From: Candidatus Omnitrophota bacterium
GTDB lineage: Bacteria > Omnitrophota > Gorgyraeia > JAFGHF01
Length of the DNA stretch: 64,000 nt
Direction: 5' to 3'
NCBI GenBank assembly: GCA_020341815.1
Contig: CP070837.1
Location: 692,211-756,210 of the forward strand
Part shown: positions 20,012 through 28,562 of the stretch, in pieces
Layout of the letters: every line of letters begins with the position of its first letter
How positions within the stretch are numbered: the first letter of the stretch is position 1
Notes under the pieces: generated by a model
Database searches by the model: none
Seen by the model: only the letters and a program-made list of their open reading frames with translations
What the model was told of the DNA's origin: nothing
Made by a program: the position numbers and the translations under genes

Positions 20012-20389
20012 TTAGCCTTTTAGAAACAATTCCGTAAATCTTCGTAATTCCTTTTTTCGTTGGTCTCCAAGGTTGACAAATTCAATTCTAATGGCGTAAA
20101 TAATATTTTTCTTTATTTCTTCACAACCCACTATTCTGCCTTCGAGTTCAACAGAAACTCTTTCCGAAGGAAGTCGTAAGTTAATTTCTAAAATAGTGTT
20201 GAGGGGAAACAGGTCGCTTACGGTAAAGCGAATCCCTGTTTCGCTCAAATCCTTTGTGCGGGTTATATCTGCATGCGGTCTTAAGCCTACCCTAAGTCCT
20301 TTTGCCTCAGGCAGTTCTTTAATCCTGTATTGAACTATAACCTCTCTTCTTACTCTTGGCGCTGCCCTTTTGTCTTTTCGCTCTTCCAT
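20012..20389 (-). CDS. PilZ domain protein
   Basis: RAAPR (RxxxR) and DLSETG (D/NxSxxG); real start ATG at 20389. Confidence 0.85.
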   Translation of the reverse strand: MEERKDKRAAPRVRREVIVQYRIKELPEAKGLRVGLRPHADITRTKDLSETGIRFTVSDLFPLNTILEINLRLPSERVSVELEGRIVGCEEIKKNIIYAIRIEFVNLGDQRKKELRRFTELFLKG

Positions 20390-20416
20390 AGTTAAGCCCA
20401 ATATATTGGCATAGGA

Positions 20417-20494
20417 TGGTCGGGACGGCCGGATTCGAACCGGCGACCCCTTGAACCCCATTCAAGTGCGCTAGCCAAACTGCGCCACGTCCCG
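20417..20494 (-). tRNA. tRNA-Pro(GGG)
   Basis: CGGGACG...CTTGA-ATGGGGT-TCAAG...GGTTCGAATCC...CGTCCCG-A-CCA. Confidence 0.96.
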
Positions 20495-20591
20495 AACCAA
20501 AATACTTCAACGGTTAAGATTAGTAGCAAACTAATGCCATATGGCACGAGTTTTGCCAAAGTACAAAGCTTAGCAGTATTTTGGTTCGGGA
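20490..20591. mobile_element. 102-bp MITE-like element, family B copy 1 (overlaps tRNA-Pro 5' end)
   Basis: 17-bp perfect TIR TCCCGAACCAAAATACT/AGTATTTTGGTTCGGGA; CACG direct repeats at 20486-20489 and 20592-20595; 95/102 identical to the reverse complement of 24107-24208. Confidence 0.88.
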
Positions 20592-20601
20592 CACGTCCCC
20601 T

Positions 20602-20877
20602 TTAGAAACGCACCTTCCCAAAACACTCTAAATACTGCCTCAATCTACCGTTGAGATACTTCTTTCCTTTACCACTCTTTAAATACTGCTCTCTCGCAAT
20701 TGCATCTTTTTTCTCTATACAAGCCTCACAATATATCAACTCAAAGGGTATTCTATGCCTTGTGGAAGGTTCTTCACCGGCATTGTGTTCTTTGAGCCGA
20801 CGCTTTAAATCATCTGTAAAGCCGGTATATAACTTATCGTCTTTTTGGCTATGAAGGACATATACATAATAATACAT
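20602..20877 (-). CDS. stand-alone GIY-YIG nuclease (UPF0213-like)
   Basis: YVYVLHS...LYTGFTDDLKRRLKEHN...AIAREQYLKS. Confidence 0.92.
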   Translation of the reverse strand: MYYYVYVLHSQKDDKLYTGFTDDLKRRLKEHNAGEEPSTRHRIPFELIYCEACIEKKDAIAREQYLKSGKGKKYLNGRLRQYLECFGKVRF

Positions 20878-20906
20878 AGTAACTCAATATATCCAATTAA
20901 CTTTTT

Positions 20907-20935
20907 ATTATACCTGCTTTTGGGGGTGTTGTAAA
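20907..20935 (-). promoter_or_regulatory. sigma70-type promoter upstream of GIY-YIG/tRNA-Pro
   Basis: TTTACA-17 bp-TATAAT on the minus strand. Confidence 0.65.
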
Positions 20936-20950
20936 GAGAGTTTCTTCCCT

Positions 20951-21181
20951 CTATCTTCTTTTGCCGCCGCCGCGCCTTGTGCCGCTACGGCCAGCAGGGC
21001 TCTTTTTGGTTTTACCTCTTTTTTCACCGGCTGTTATATCTCTGTTTTTCTTCTGATGAGAAGGCACCCAGCCCGTCTTGCGCAATGTGCCATAGATATA
21101 TTTTCTTGCCCTCTCTGAGGTAGTAGAGCCAAATTTCTTTTTGGCTTCCTTCTTTAGCTTTCTTTCCAGCTCTTCCGGCAT
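20951..21181 (-). CDS. small highly basic hypothetical protein
   Basis: 76 aa, GGAGG SD, Lys/Arg-rich with YIYGTLRKTGW core. Confidence 0.75.
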   Translation of the reverse strand: MPEELERKLKKEAKKKFGSTTSERARKYIYGTLRKTGWVPSHQKKNRDITAGEKRGKTKKSPAGRSGTRRGGGKRR

Positions 21182-21200
21182 TTTCCCCTCCGCCTCTTTA

Positions 21201-22205
21201 TTATTCTGCCTTTTTTTCTCTGAGCATTAATTCTTCAACGGCAAGCTTGGGGTCTTTGTCCTCGTACAACACCGCATAAACCTCGGAGGTAATAGGCATC
21301 TCTACATTATGCCTCTTGGCCAGAGCAAAGACAGATTGAGTGGTCCTCACCCCCTCGGCAACCATCTCCATTTTAGACAAAATCGCTTTCAGCTTTTTGC
21401 CCCTGCCGATCTGCTCGCCCACCCAGCGATTACGACCGTGAGAGCTGATACAGGTCGTCACTAAATCGCCCAAACCGCTCAAGCCGGAAAAGGTCTCCGG
21501 CCGCGCGCCTTGAGCCTGACCCAGGCGGGCTATTTCTACCAACCCCCGGGTAAGGATGGCCGCTTTGCTATTTGCGCCAAAGCCAAGGCCATCGGAGATG
21601 CCGCAGGCAATAGCAATCACATTCTTTGACGCGCCTCCCAGCTCTACACCTATTATATCGCCTGTTGTATAGACACGAAAGCGCTCGCTCATAAATACAT
21701 CCTGCACTTCTTCCGCAAGTGCAATATCCTCACTGGATACGACGCAGGTAGCAGGAATGCCTCTGGCTACTTCATAAGAGATAGTCGGCCCGGAAAGTAC
21801 CGCTATCCTGCGCTTACCCAAAACATCCTCGACTACTTCGGACATGCGCAAGAGGGTATCGTTTTCGATACCCTTGACTGCGCTCAAAATAATAGCGCCA
21901 GAGGCATTTTCTTCCTTTATCCGGGCGAGCACCCCCCTTAAAAAATGCGAGGGCACCGCCAGGACAATCAAAGCGGCCTCTTCGATAGTTAAACCGATAT
22001 CCGCAGAAAAAGAAATTTCTTTCGGTATCTTGATACCGGGGAGAAACTTGGAATTAATTCTCTTTTTTTCCAAATAACGGATGTAGTCGGCAAAAGGGCC
22101 CCAGACCTCGACCTTATAACCCTTATTATGGAGCATAATCGCCAGGGTCGTGCCCCATCCGCCATCGCCGATAACCGCAACTTTTGCGCCCTTTTTTATA
22201 GCCAT
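21201..22205 (-). CDS. gpsA: NAD(P)H-dependent glycerol-3-phosphate dehydrogenase
   Basis: IGDGGWGT, KGIE, ELGGASKNVIAI, GLGDLVTTC...RN; start ATG at 22205. Confidence 0.96.
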   Translation of the reverse strand: MAIKKGAKVAVIGDGGWGTTLAIMLHNKGYKVEVWGPFADYIRYLEKKRINSKFLPGIKIPKEISFSADIGLTIEEAALIVLAVPSHFLRGVLARIKEENASGAIILSAVKGIENDTLLRMSEVVEDVLGKRRIAVLSGPTISYEVARGIPATCVVSSEDIALAEEVQDVFMSERFRVYTTGDIIGVELGGASKNVIAIACGISDGLGFGANSKAAILTRGLVEIARLGQAQGARPETFSGLSGLGDLVTTCISSHGRNRWVGEQIGRGKKLKAILSKMEMVAEGVRTTQSVFALAKRHNVEMPITSEVYAVLYEDKDPKLAVEELMLREKKAE

Positions 22206-22212
22206 AGTCAGT

Positions 22213-22241
22213 ATGATACTATAATCGATATATGAAGTCAA
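22213..22241 (-). promoter_or_regulatory. sigma70-type promoter of gpsA (probably leaderless)
   Basis: TTGACT-17 bp-TATCAT, then 7 nt to ATG. Confidence 0.6.
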
Positions 22242-22327
22242 TCAAAAGCTTAAAGACGAAAAAATCTCTGGACGAACCGAAGTTTTTATGTATAATAGTG
22301 TAATAACCTCTTAAAAGGAAGGCGGTT

Positions 22328-23848
22328 ATGCGACAAAAAAGAGAGCTCTGGAAAACGCACTGGGGTATGATTTTTGCTATGATCGGCACCGAGGTGGGCT
22401 TAGGCAATATCTGGCGTTTTCCCTATCTTGTAGGCAAATACGGAGGAGGAGTTTTTCTCATTCCTTATATAGTACTCTTATTGGGCGCGGCCGTCTTTGC
22501 TATGATAGCCGAATGGGTCCTGGGGCGCCATACCCGCAGGGACCCTTTAGGGGCATTTGAGAAGATAAAGTTTCCTTTTGGCCGGGATATCGGCGCCTGG
22601 GGCATCATCGGTCCGTTTTTCCTCTATTCCTACTATATCGTTATTACCGGCTGGGTTATCTTTTTTATCGCCGCCTCCCTCGGCAGGCTCTATTTCGGCC
22701 AGGACAGCGAGCAATTCTTCCTTAACTTTCTGGCCAGCCCCTGGATATTCGCGGTGCACGCACTTGCCATTTTTATTACCAGCGGCATTTTGGCTTTAGG
22801 TGTGCAAAAAGGCATTGAGCGGGCCTGTAAATTTATGATTCCCACCCTTTTTATACTGCTGATAATTGTAGCTATCCGCTCAATCACCCTTCCCGGGGCC
22901 TCATCAGGAATTGAGTTTTATATGCGTCCCCGCTGGGAAGGTCTCTTAAACCCCCAGACCTGGATTGCCGCTTTAGGTCAGGTATTTTTCACTCTGAGTT
23001 TGGGCATGGGCGCCATGCTGATATATGGCTCCTATCTTCGCAATGAATGGGGAATCCCCGCCAATGCCCTGGCCTGCACATTAGGCAATACGGCATCTTC
23101 CATCCTGGCCGGATTTGCAATTTTCCCCGCTGCCTTTGCCCTGGGATTTGGCGCACTGGTCGGCGGCTCCGAAAGCATCGGCCTGACATTTTTTGTCTTG
23201 CCGCGCGTTTTCGAAAAGATGCCTGCGGGCTGGCTCTTCGGAGGCCTTTTCTTTATCCTGCTTAGCTTCGGGGCGCTTTCTTCGGCAATCAGTATACAGG
23301 AACCCAGCATTGCCTGGCTGAAAGAAGAGGTAGGCTGGCGCCGCAAAAAGAGCGCCTTGATTACAGGGATTATTTTATGGGCAATGGGCCTGCCGTTTCT
23401 GCTCAACGGCTTTCTGGTTGGCGGGCTGGGCAAAAAACTGGCCCTGTTGGGGAAAATGGATATAATTATCGGCCAGCTTGCACTTCCTTTATTTGGCCTG
23501 CTTTCTGTAATCGCTGTAGGGCATTTTATGCGCAAGGCCGGCTATCAGGAAATAAATAAAAATGCAAAACACAAAATCGGCACCTGGATCATGCCCTGGA
23601 TTAGATGGGTAGTGCCTATCTTTGTACTGCTTTTATTTTTCTTAAGCCTGATTAAAGTCCTGCAGGATTTGGGCAGAATCCCTCAGATTCTTCCCGTCGT
23701 AACTATGCCCGAGTTTCAACCCATAGGGATAACCCGCTCAACGATAGCGATGATAATAACAATCTGCACTATCATCTGGGGCGGTTTCGTTTTTATGACT
23801 TACAGGGTAATTACTACGGAAAAAGAAAAAGCAAGGAATAAAAAATAA
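22328..23848 (+). CDS. sodium-dependent transporter, NSS/SNF family
   Basis: VGLGNIWRFPY, GGGVFLIPY, QVFFTLSLGMG, SSAISIQE. Confidence 0.95.
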   Translation: MRQKRELWKTHWGMIFAMIGTEVGLGNIWRFPYLVGKYGGGVFLIPYIVLLLGAAVFAMIAEWVLGRHTRRDPLGAFEKIKFPFGRDIGAWGIIGPFFLYSYYIVITGWVIFFIAASLGRLYFGQDSEQFFLNFLASPWIFAVHALAIFITSGILALGVQKGIERACKFMIPTLFILLIIVAIRSITLPGASSGIEFYMRPRWEGLLNPQTWIAALGQVFFTLSLGMGAMLIYGSYLRNEWGIPANALACTLGNTASSILAGFAIFPAAFALGFGALVGGSESIGLTFFVLPRVFEKMPAGWLFGGLFFILLSFGALSSAISIQEPSIAWLKEEVGWRRKKSALITGIILWAMGLPFLLNGFLVGGLGKKLALLGKMDIIIGQLALPLFGLLSVIAVGHFMRKAGYQEINKNAKHKIGTWIMPWIRWVVPIFVLLLFFLSLIKVLQDLGRIPQILPVVTMPEFQPIGITRSTIAMIITICTIIWGGFVFMTYRVITTEKEKARNKK

Positions 23849-23964
23849 TGATCCCCGCCCTTCCAAAACATACGTTTGGTATAAGAGATATGGGTAAGGA
23901 TAATTCAACCAGATTAAAATATAGATTTAGACCTGACATTGCGAAGAAAGGAAGGGCGGGGTGA
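23848..23964 (+). CDS. 38-aa peptide read through family A element copy 1
   Basis: ATG overlaps the transporter TAA; MIPALPKHTFGIRDMGKDNSTRLKYRFRPDIAKKGRAG*; its TGA overlaps the next GTG. Confidence 0.5.
   Translation: MIPALPKHTFGIRDMGKDNSTRLKYRFRPDIAKKGRAG
23853..23961 (+). mobile_element. 109-bp start-codon-inserted hairpin element, family A copy 1
   Basis: 12-bp TIR CCCCGCCCTTCC/GGAAGGGCGGGG; flanks TGAT and TGAA; homologous to 29134-29257. Confidence 0.85.
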
Positions 23965-24086
23965 ACCTCTCTGTTCTGGCTAATTCTAAATTCGGCTGGA
24001 TATTTATCTGGTCGGAAATTATCCTGGTATATCTGCTATTCCTCTGGTTTCACAGAATAGTGGAAAGAAAGCGCAGGTCTAAATAA
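23961..24086 (+). CDS. small single-TM protein, putative NSS transporter small subunit (MetS-like)
   Basis: Manual ORF from GTG: MNLSVLANSKFGWIFIWSEIILVYLLFLWFHRIVERKRRSK (41 aa), directly behind the NSS gene. Confidence 0.65.
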   Translation: MNLSVLANSKFGWIFIWSEIILVYLLFLWFHRIVERKRRSK

Positions 24087-24106
24087 GGCTTATTGTTTTC
24101 GACGTG

Positions 24107-24208
24107 CCCCGAACCAAAATACTACTAAGTTTTGTATTTTGGCAAAACTCGTGCCATATGGCATTAGTTTGCTACTAATCTCAACTGTTGAAGTATTTTG
24201 GTTCGGGG
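24107..24208. mobile_element. 102-bp MITE-like element, family B copy 2 (in queF 3' end)
   Basis: TIR CCCCGAACCAAAATACT/AGTATTTTGGTTCGGGG; CGTG direct repeats at 24103-24106 and 24209-24212. Confidence 0.88.
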
Positions 24209-24585
24209 CGTGGATACCTCGCCAGAACCTGAGTCTTTATCCCGCCACGGGGACTAAACTCGCCATGCACCTCAAGCCATTTTGGCCGGCAGGCGCCTGC
24301 TGCATCGTCTAAAATCCGATTTACCGCGTTTTCATAAAAGATGCCTAAATTCCTAAAGGCAAGTAAATAGAATTTCAAAGACTTAAGCTCCAGGCAAAGC
24401 TTATTGGGAACGTAGCGAATGGTAATCACGCCGAAATCGGGAAGCTGGGTCTTCGGGCAAATAGAGGTGAACTCAGGGACAGAAATGACAATCTCATAAT
24501 TTTTATATTGGCTGGGAAAACAATCGATGCGGGGAAGCTTGGCTTTTATGCCTGCTTGGGCGTGTTTTTTCGTATAACCTTTCAT
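24181..24585 (-). CDS. queF: preQ1 synthase (7-cyano-7-deazaguanine reductase)
   Basis: PEFTSICPKTQLPDFG, ELKSLKFYL, PRGGI. Confidence 0.95.
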   Translation of the reverse strand: MKGYTKKHAQAGIKAKLPRIDCFPSQYKNYEIVISVPEFTSICPKTQLPDFGVITIRYVPNKLCLELKSLKFYLLAFRNLGIFYENAVNRILDDAAGACRPKWLEVHGEFSPRGGIKTQVLARYPRPEPKYFNS

Positions 24586-24590
24586 ATCTT

Positions 24591-25112
24591 TTACCTCAAA
24601 CTATAAATACATCCGCAGTAATGCTGGCGATAGATATTGTGCTCTTGAGCCAGCTCCTGCGTTCTTTTAAAGCCATCCTGTTTTTTAAAATCGCGCGCCA
24701 AAAAAAGATCTCCCCCCGCTTTCTGCCCTATTTCATTTATCACCTGACTATTTTTATGCGGGCTTATGGTGAGGGTGGTGGTAAAGACATCGAAAGCTTT
24801 TTCCTTGACCTTCTTTGCCGCCTCTTCCAGACGCAGAGCAAAACATCTTCTGCACCTTCTGCCGCCTTCAGGCTCCTCTTCCAGCCCCTTAATCCGCAGG
24901 CGCCACTTATCTATCTCATAATCGCCGATTATTAAAGGGAGCTTTTGGCGCTTAGCCAACTTTTCAGTCTCCTTGAGCCTCTTTAAATATTCCTGCTCAG
25001 GCTGGATATTGGGGTTGTAAAAATATCCGCTGAGGTCACAACCTTCCTGTCTCAATTTTTCTATAGAGAAAGAGGCGCAGACCGCACAACAAATATGCAA
25101 TAATACCTTCAT
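24591..25112 (-). CDS. queH: epoxyqueuosine reductase QueH (DUF208)
   Basis: LHICCAVC, YNPNI, RCRRCFALRLE, YRQHYCGC. Confidence 0.93.
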   Translation of the reverse strand: MKVLLHICCAVCASFSIEKLRQEGCDLSGYFYNPNIQPEQEYLKRLKETEKLAKRQKLPLIIGDYEIDKWRLRIKGLEEEPEGGRRCRRCFALRLEEAAKKVKEKAFDVFTTTLTISPHKNSQVINEIGQKAGGDLFLARDFKKQDGFKRTQELAQEHNIYRQHYCGCIYSLR

Positions 25113-25127
25113 GGTAGGATTTTCTGC

Positions 25128-26774
25128 TTACTCTGCTGCCTTAATTATATTGCGATGAAGGCCGGGGAATTGGCGCAGATAATCGATGCGCTCCTGTTTA
25201 ATCTGTTTAACTAAAGAGGTGATTTTGCGGGGAGAATAGAACTTTTTCAAGTTAAAACGCGAGATATCCATTCCTTCTACATTCTTAGGAACTTCAAGCT
25301 TCCAATAACGGTCCTTTTTCCACTGAATAGTCCCCCGGGCAATCCCGCGAATAATTGCGGCCATCTCCATAATTTCCACGCGATCAACCTTGCGTTCGGT
25401 AATCCTGGTTCCATCGGGGGCAGTCTTTATAATCTCGCCCACGCCGCCTGTATTAAGCAGGAAACACCTGACCTTGTCTCCGTATTTCTGTATAAAATCA
25501 TAAAACATATTCCCTTCTTCTGCCTCGCTGCCCACAATAAAAGGATTGGTGCCTACTACGCGCACAGATTCACCGATTTTGCGCGGATCACCCGCAGAAG
25601 TCTCTATAGATTCACCCAGCATAAACGCTGCTGCTGCCTGAGCGGGGCTAAGCTTGGAGGCAATCGGCAGCACCGTATTGCGCCGGGTAATAAAGGCAAT
25701 AATCAGGCCGTCCAATTGACGCAGAGGCGGCAGGTTAACGGTCTTTGCGGCAAACTCGCCCAGGTGCTTCATCTGGATAATACCGCGGCCGTTTCCGGTT
25801 AAGGTATCGTCGTCAAAATAAAGCTTACCTGCCTTATCCATAGTTACATTCTCAAAAGTGGCCTCCGGCCTTATGGCTGCATTATAGAGGAGGCTTTGGG
25901 TCTTGGGGTCTAAGCCGTCGGTCTTGATGAAGAAACCCCTTTCCGTGCCCAGCGTAGAACCATCCCTGCGCCAGAAGATTACGTCATCCTGAACAATCTC
26001 TACGCCCTCACCCGGCTTTGTCAGACCGTGATTATGACAAGCATGAGTGGTCTTACCGGTAGCCGAAAGCCCAAAAAGAAACATCCCGTATTTCTTGAGA
26101 TTTCCCGATGCGTCAAGTGCCTTAAGCACCTTTGCCCCGGCATGTATCCCCAGCATTCCCTGCTTTTTGGCAAGCCACATCGCCATGCGCAGGAAGCCTT
26201 TCTTTACCTCGCCAAAGTAGTCAGTACCCAATACAAAGGTTACTCCCTCTTCGGGAAAGACCAAAATCTGGCGCTTTGTTTCCGGCCATTCGGGGACATA
26301 AACTATCCATAATTTCGGGCTGCGCAAACTGCTGCGATTGCCAGCTTGAGGCTTAAACATGGTGTTGGACCACATATAAGGAATGCGGATACAGTCTTTC
26401 CTCTGCACGGACAAATATAGCGTGCAATGCGGGCTGTAATAAGGATTGTCCCCCATGGCCTGCTCAACCTTAACCAGAGGCGCCTTCTTGAGGTAATCCT
26501 CGAGCTTCTTCAGGGTCTGGGGCAGGGATTTTAAGATTTCTCTTTGGCGGGGATTGACTTTCGAAAGCTGAACATCTTCAGAGCCAACATATACGGTTAA
26601 GCCTGCGCTTCTATTGCGTACATCGGTAATAAAGACATAATTTCCGTATTCGGTCTTATTGCCGTATTTCTCGGCCATGATTTTAAGGCCCGAATAATCC
26701 ATAGGCTCTATATTGGATTGCCCGCTTAGCTTTTTAACTATCTTCAGGGCTGTCCTGGGTTTATAGTTACGCAC
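25128..26774 (-). CDS. pckA: phosphoenolpyruvate carboxykinase (ATP)
   Basis: YFGEVKKG, HAG, FGLSATGKTT, QDD, NGRG, LLNTG. Confidence 0.88.
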   Translation of the reverse strand: MRNYKPRTALKIVKKLSGQSNIEPMDYSGLKIMAEKYGNKTEYGNYVFITDVRNRSAGLTVYVGSEDVQLSKVNPRQREILKSLPQTLKKLEDYLKKAPLVKVEQAMGDNPYYSPHCTLYLSVQRKDCIRIPYMWSNTMFKPQAGNRSSLRSPKLWIVYVPEWPETKRQILVFPEEGVTFVLGTDYFGEVKKGFLRMAMWLAKKQGMLGIHAGAKVLKALDASGNLKKYGMFLFGLSATGKTTHACHNHGLTKPGEGVEIVQDDVIFWRRDGSTLGTERGFFIKTDGLDPKTQSLLYNAAIRPEATFENVTMDKAGKLYFDDDTLTGNGRGIIQMKHLGEFAAKTVNLPPLRQLDGLIIAFITRRNTVLPIASKLSPAQAAAAFMLGESIETSAGDPRKIGESVRVVGTNPFIVGSEAEEGNMFYDFIQKYGDKVRCFLLNTGGVGEIIKTAPDGTRITERKVDRVEIMEMAAIIRGIARGTIQWKKDRYWKLEVPKNVEGMDISRFNLKKFYSPRKITSLVKQIKQERIDYLRQFPGLHRNIIKAAE

Positions 26775-26799
26775 ACCTGCCTCCTTGCTGTAGCTTTTT

Positions 26800-26829
26800 A
26801 TGATACCTCTTATCCCCCTTAGCTGTCAA
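26800..26829 (-). promoter_or_regulatory. sigma70-type promoter of pckA
   Basis: TTGACA-18 bp-TATCAT, followed by AAGGAGG SD. Confidence 0.55.
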
Positions 26830-26855
26830 ACGTTTTCTGTCATTTTTTAGAATTT

Positions 26856-28562
26856 TCAAAAAGAATAGCCGGCACTTATTTTTATCAGTCTTCCGGCACC
26901 TTGTATATCCTGCATTTCCTGATAACTCCTGTCGAATATATTTATGCCTTCTAAGGCCAGGGTAAAGTTGGAAAGCTCCTTCTTCATTTTTAAATCAAAA
27001 GTAGTATACCTTTTCCTCTGGAGGGGTCGGGAAAAATTACCGATTACATTTGTAGAAATGCCTCCGAAATCAAGGCCCAAGATACTTACAAGCTTATGGC
27101 GATTATAATCAAAGACATATTTGGAAAAATTATAAGGGTTGTTTTTGTCCAAATCAAGATAAGTATATTCTAAAGAACATTTCTTTAGTATATTATCTTT
27201 GAAATTCAGCTGTGAATAAAAGTCCAGGCCATATACATCCAAATCCTCGACATTCATTGCCTCCCAGGCAAGTGCAGAGACATTTTTTACCCAGTCAATA
27301 GTATTTGACTGGTCTCTTAAGAAAAAACTAACGCTTGAAATAAAATTGTCGCCAGGTGCATAATCCAGGCCCCACTCAAAGTTATAAGACTTCTGAACAT
27401 CAAGATTAACGTTTCCTATATTAGAAGGGGAATTGTAATATAGTTCGGTGAAGGAAGGTGCTCTCCAGATACGGTCAAAGGAAAATCCTAATTTCAAATC
27501 ATCTTTCAAAAAATAATTTAAGCCTAAAGAGATATCTTCCAGATATTCCCATTCTTCATAATAATCGAATCCCCCGGAAAAATCGACAAGGAGCTTACCC
27601 AGCTCTTTATCCTTCAACCCCAGGCGTAATCCCTTTTTCATCCGGTAGTGCTTATTAAGATTAGTGCTGTCTATCGTCTCTCTGTCTATATTAAAGATAA
27701 GAGATAAATCGTTGTAAAAATCCAACTTACTTTTTAACCCATAGAGATAAGTGGTGTGATAATTGGTGTAAAAGGAGGGATCGTGGCGGTTTAATATGTA
27801 TTTATCGCCGTGCCTTCTTAAATAAAAGGTATTATTCAAATCAAACAACTCTTTATTTTTTAGCCCTGCGCGCAAGGAATAAAATCTCTGGGTGATGTGT
27901 TCCTCTTCATGCGGCCAGGCCGAGGCATAGAAACTATCCGCTCCGAAGTCCCTCTTTGTCGAGCCGAATAAAAACTCGATATCCTTATCTTTGAGCTCAT
28001 CTTCCCATAAAGAGTGAAAAGAAAAATTATAGATTTCAAAATCCGTATCCTGCCTGTCCCCCTTGCTTATCTTGTGCTCGCAGGATATCCTGTTTTTTGT
28101 TTCTTTTAAGGGAAAATTGAAAGACAGAAGCTGTCCCCAGAGGGCATGCTCGCCAAAAGAAGATTTTAAGAGAAAGCCTTCATCTTTGGGCTTCTTGGGA
28201 ATAAAGTTTATTTTCTGCGAGTTCTTAAAAATGTCTATTTCCTCAAGGTCTGCGCTGGTTAAGGGTATCTCCAGGTTAAAGTGGCCGGTCTGGGGGTCGT
28301 TAATTTTTATCCCCCCTAGCTCTATAGAGGTATCCTCAAAGATAGAACCTCGCAATGAAACATCCTGCTGCACGCCGGAAATAGAGCGCTTCCTTAAATC
28401 TATGCTTGAGGAATAATCAATCATCTCCTCTAAAGAGAAAGCGGGCAGGCCCTCTTCAGGCAAACCTTTCTTTATGGAGATTTTTCCCAGTTCCACCTCT
28501 TCGGCAAAACAAAAAGAAAAAGCACTAAGGAAAATCATGGATGCAAAAAGGAAGGTCTTCAT
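26856..28562 (-). CDS. TonB-dependent receptor (substrate unknown, possibly cobamide)
   Basis: Plug-like QQDVSLRG...INDPQTGHFN, RAPSFTELY, C-terminal aromatic YSF. Confidence 0.85.
   Translation of the reverse strand: MKTFLFASMIFLSAFSFCFAEEVELGKISIKKGLPEEGLPAFSLEEMIDYSSSIDLRKRSISGVQQDVSLRGSIFEDTSIELGGIKINDPQTGHFNLEIPLTSADLEEIDIFKNSQKINFIPKKPKDEGFLLKSSFGEHALWGQLLSFNFPLKETKNRISCEHKISKGDRQDTDFEIYNFSFHSLWEDELKDKDIEFLFGSTKRDFGADSFYASAWPHEEEHITQRFYSLRAGLKNKELFDLNNTFYLRRHGDKYILNRHDPSFYTNYHTTYLYGLKSKLDFYNDLSLIFNIDRETIDSTNLNKHYRMKKGLRLGLKDKELGKLLVDFSGGFDYYEEWEYLEDISLGLNYFLKDDLKLGFSFDRIWRAPSFTELYYNSPSNIGNVNLDVQKSYNFEWGLDYAPGDNFISSVSFFLRDQSNTIDWVKNVSALAWEAMNVEDLDVYGLDFYSQLNFKDNILKKCSLEYTYLDLDKNNPYNFSKYVFDYNRHKLVSILGLDFGGISTNVIGNFSRPLQRKRYTTFDLKMKKELSNFTLALEGINIFDRSYQEMQDIQGAGRLIKISAGYSF

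Noticed and set aside
20490-20591. Family B element as CRISPR repeat, attC site or riboswitch (copy 2 lies next to queF)
   Set aside because: No repeat-spacer array, no integron integrase and no preQ1 aptamer motif; copy 2 is at the 3' end of queF, not in a leader
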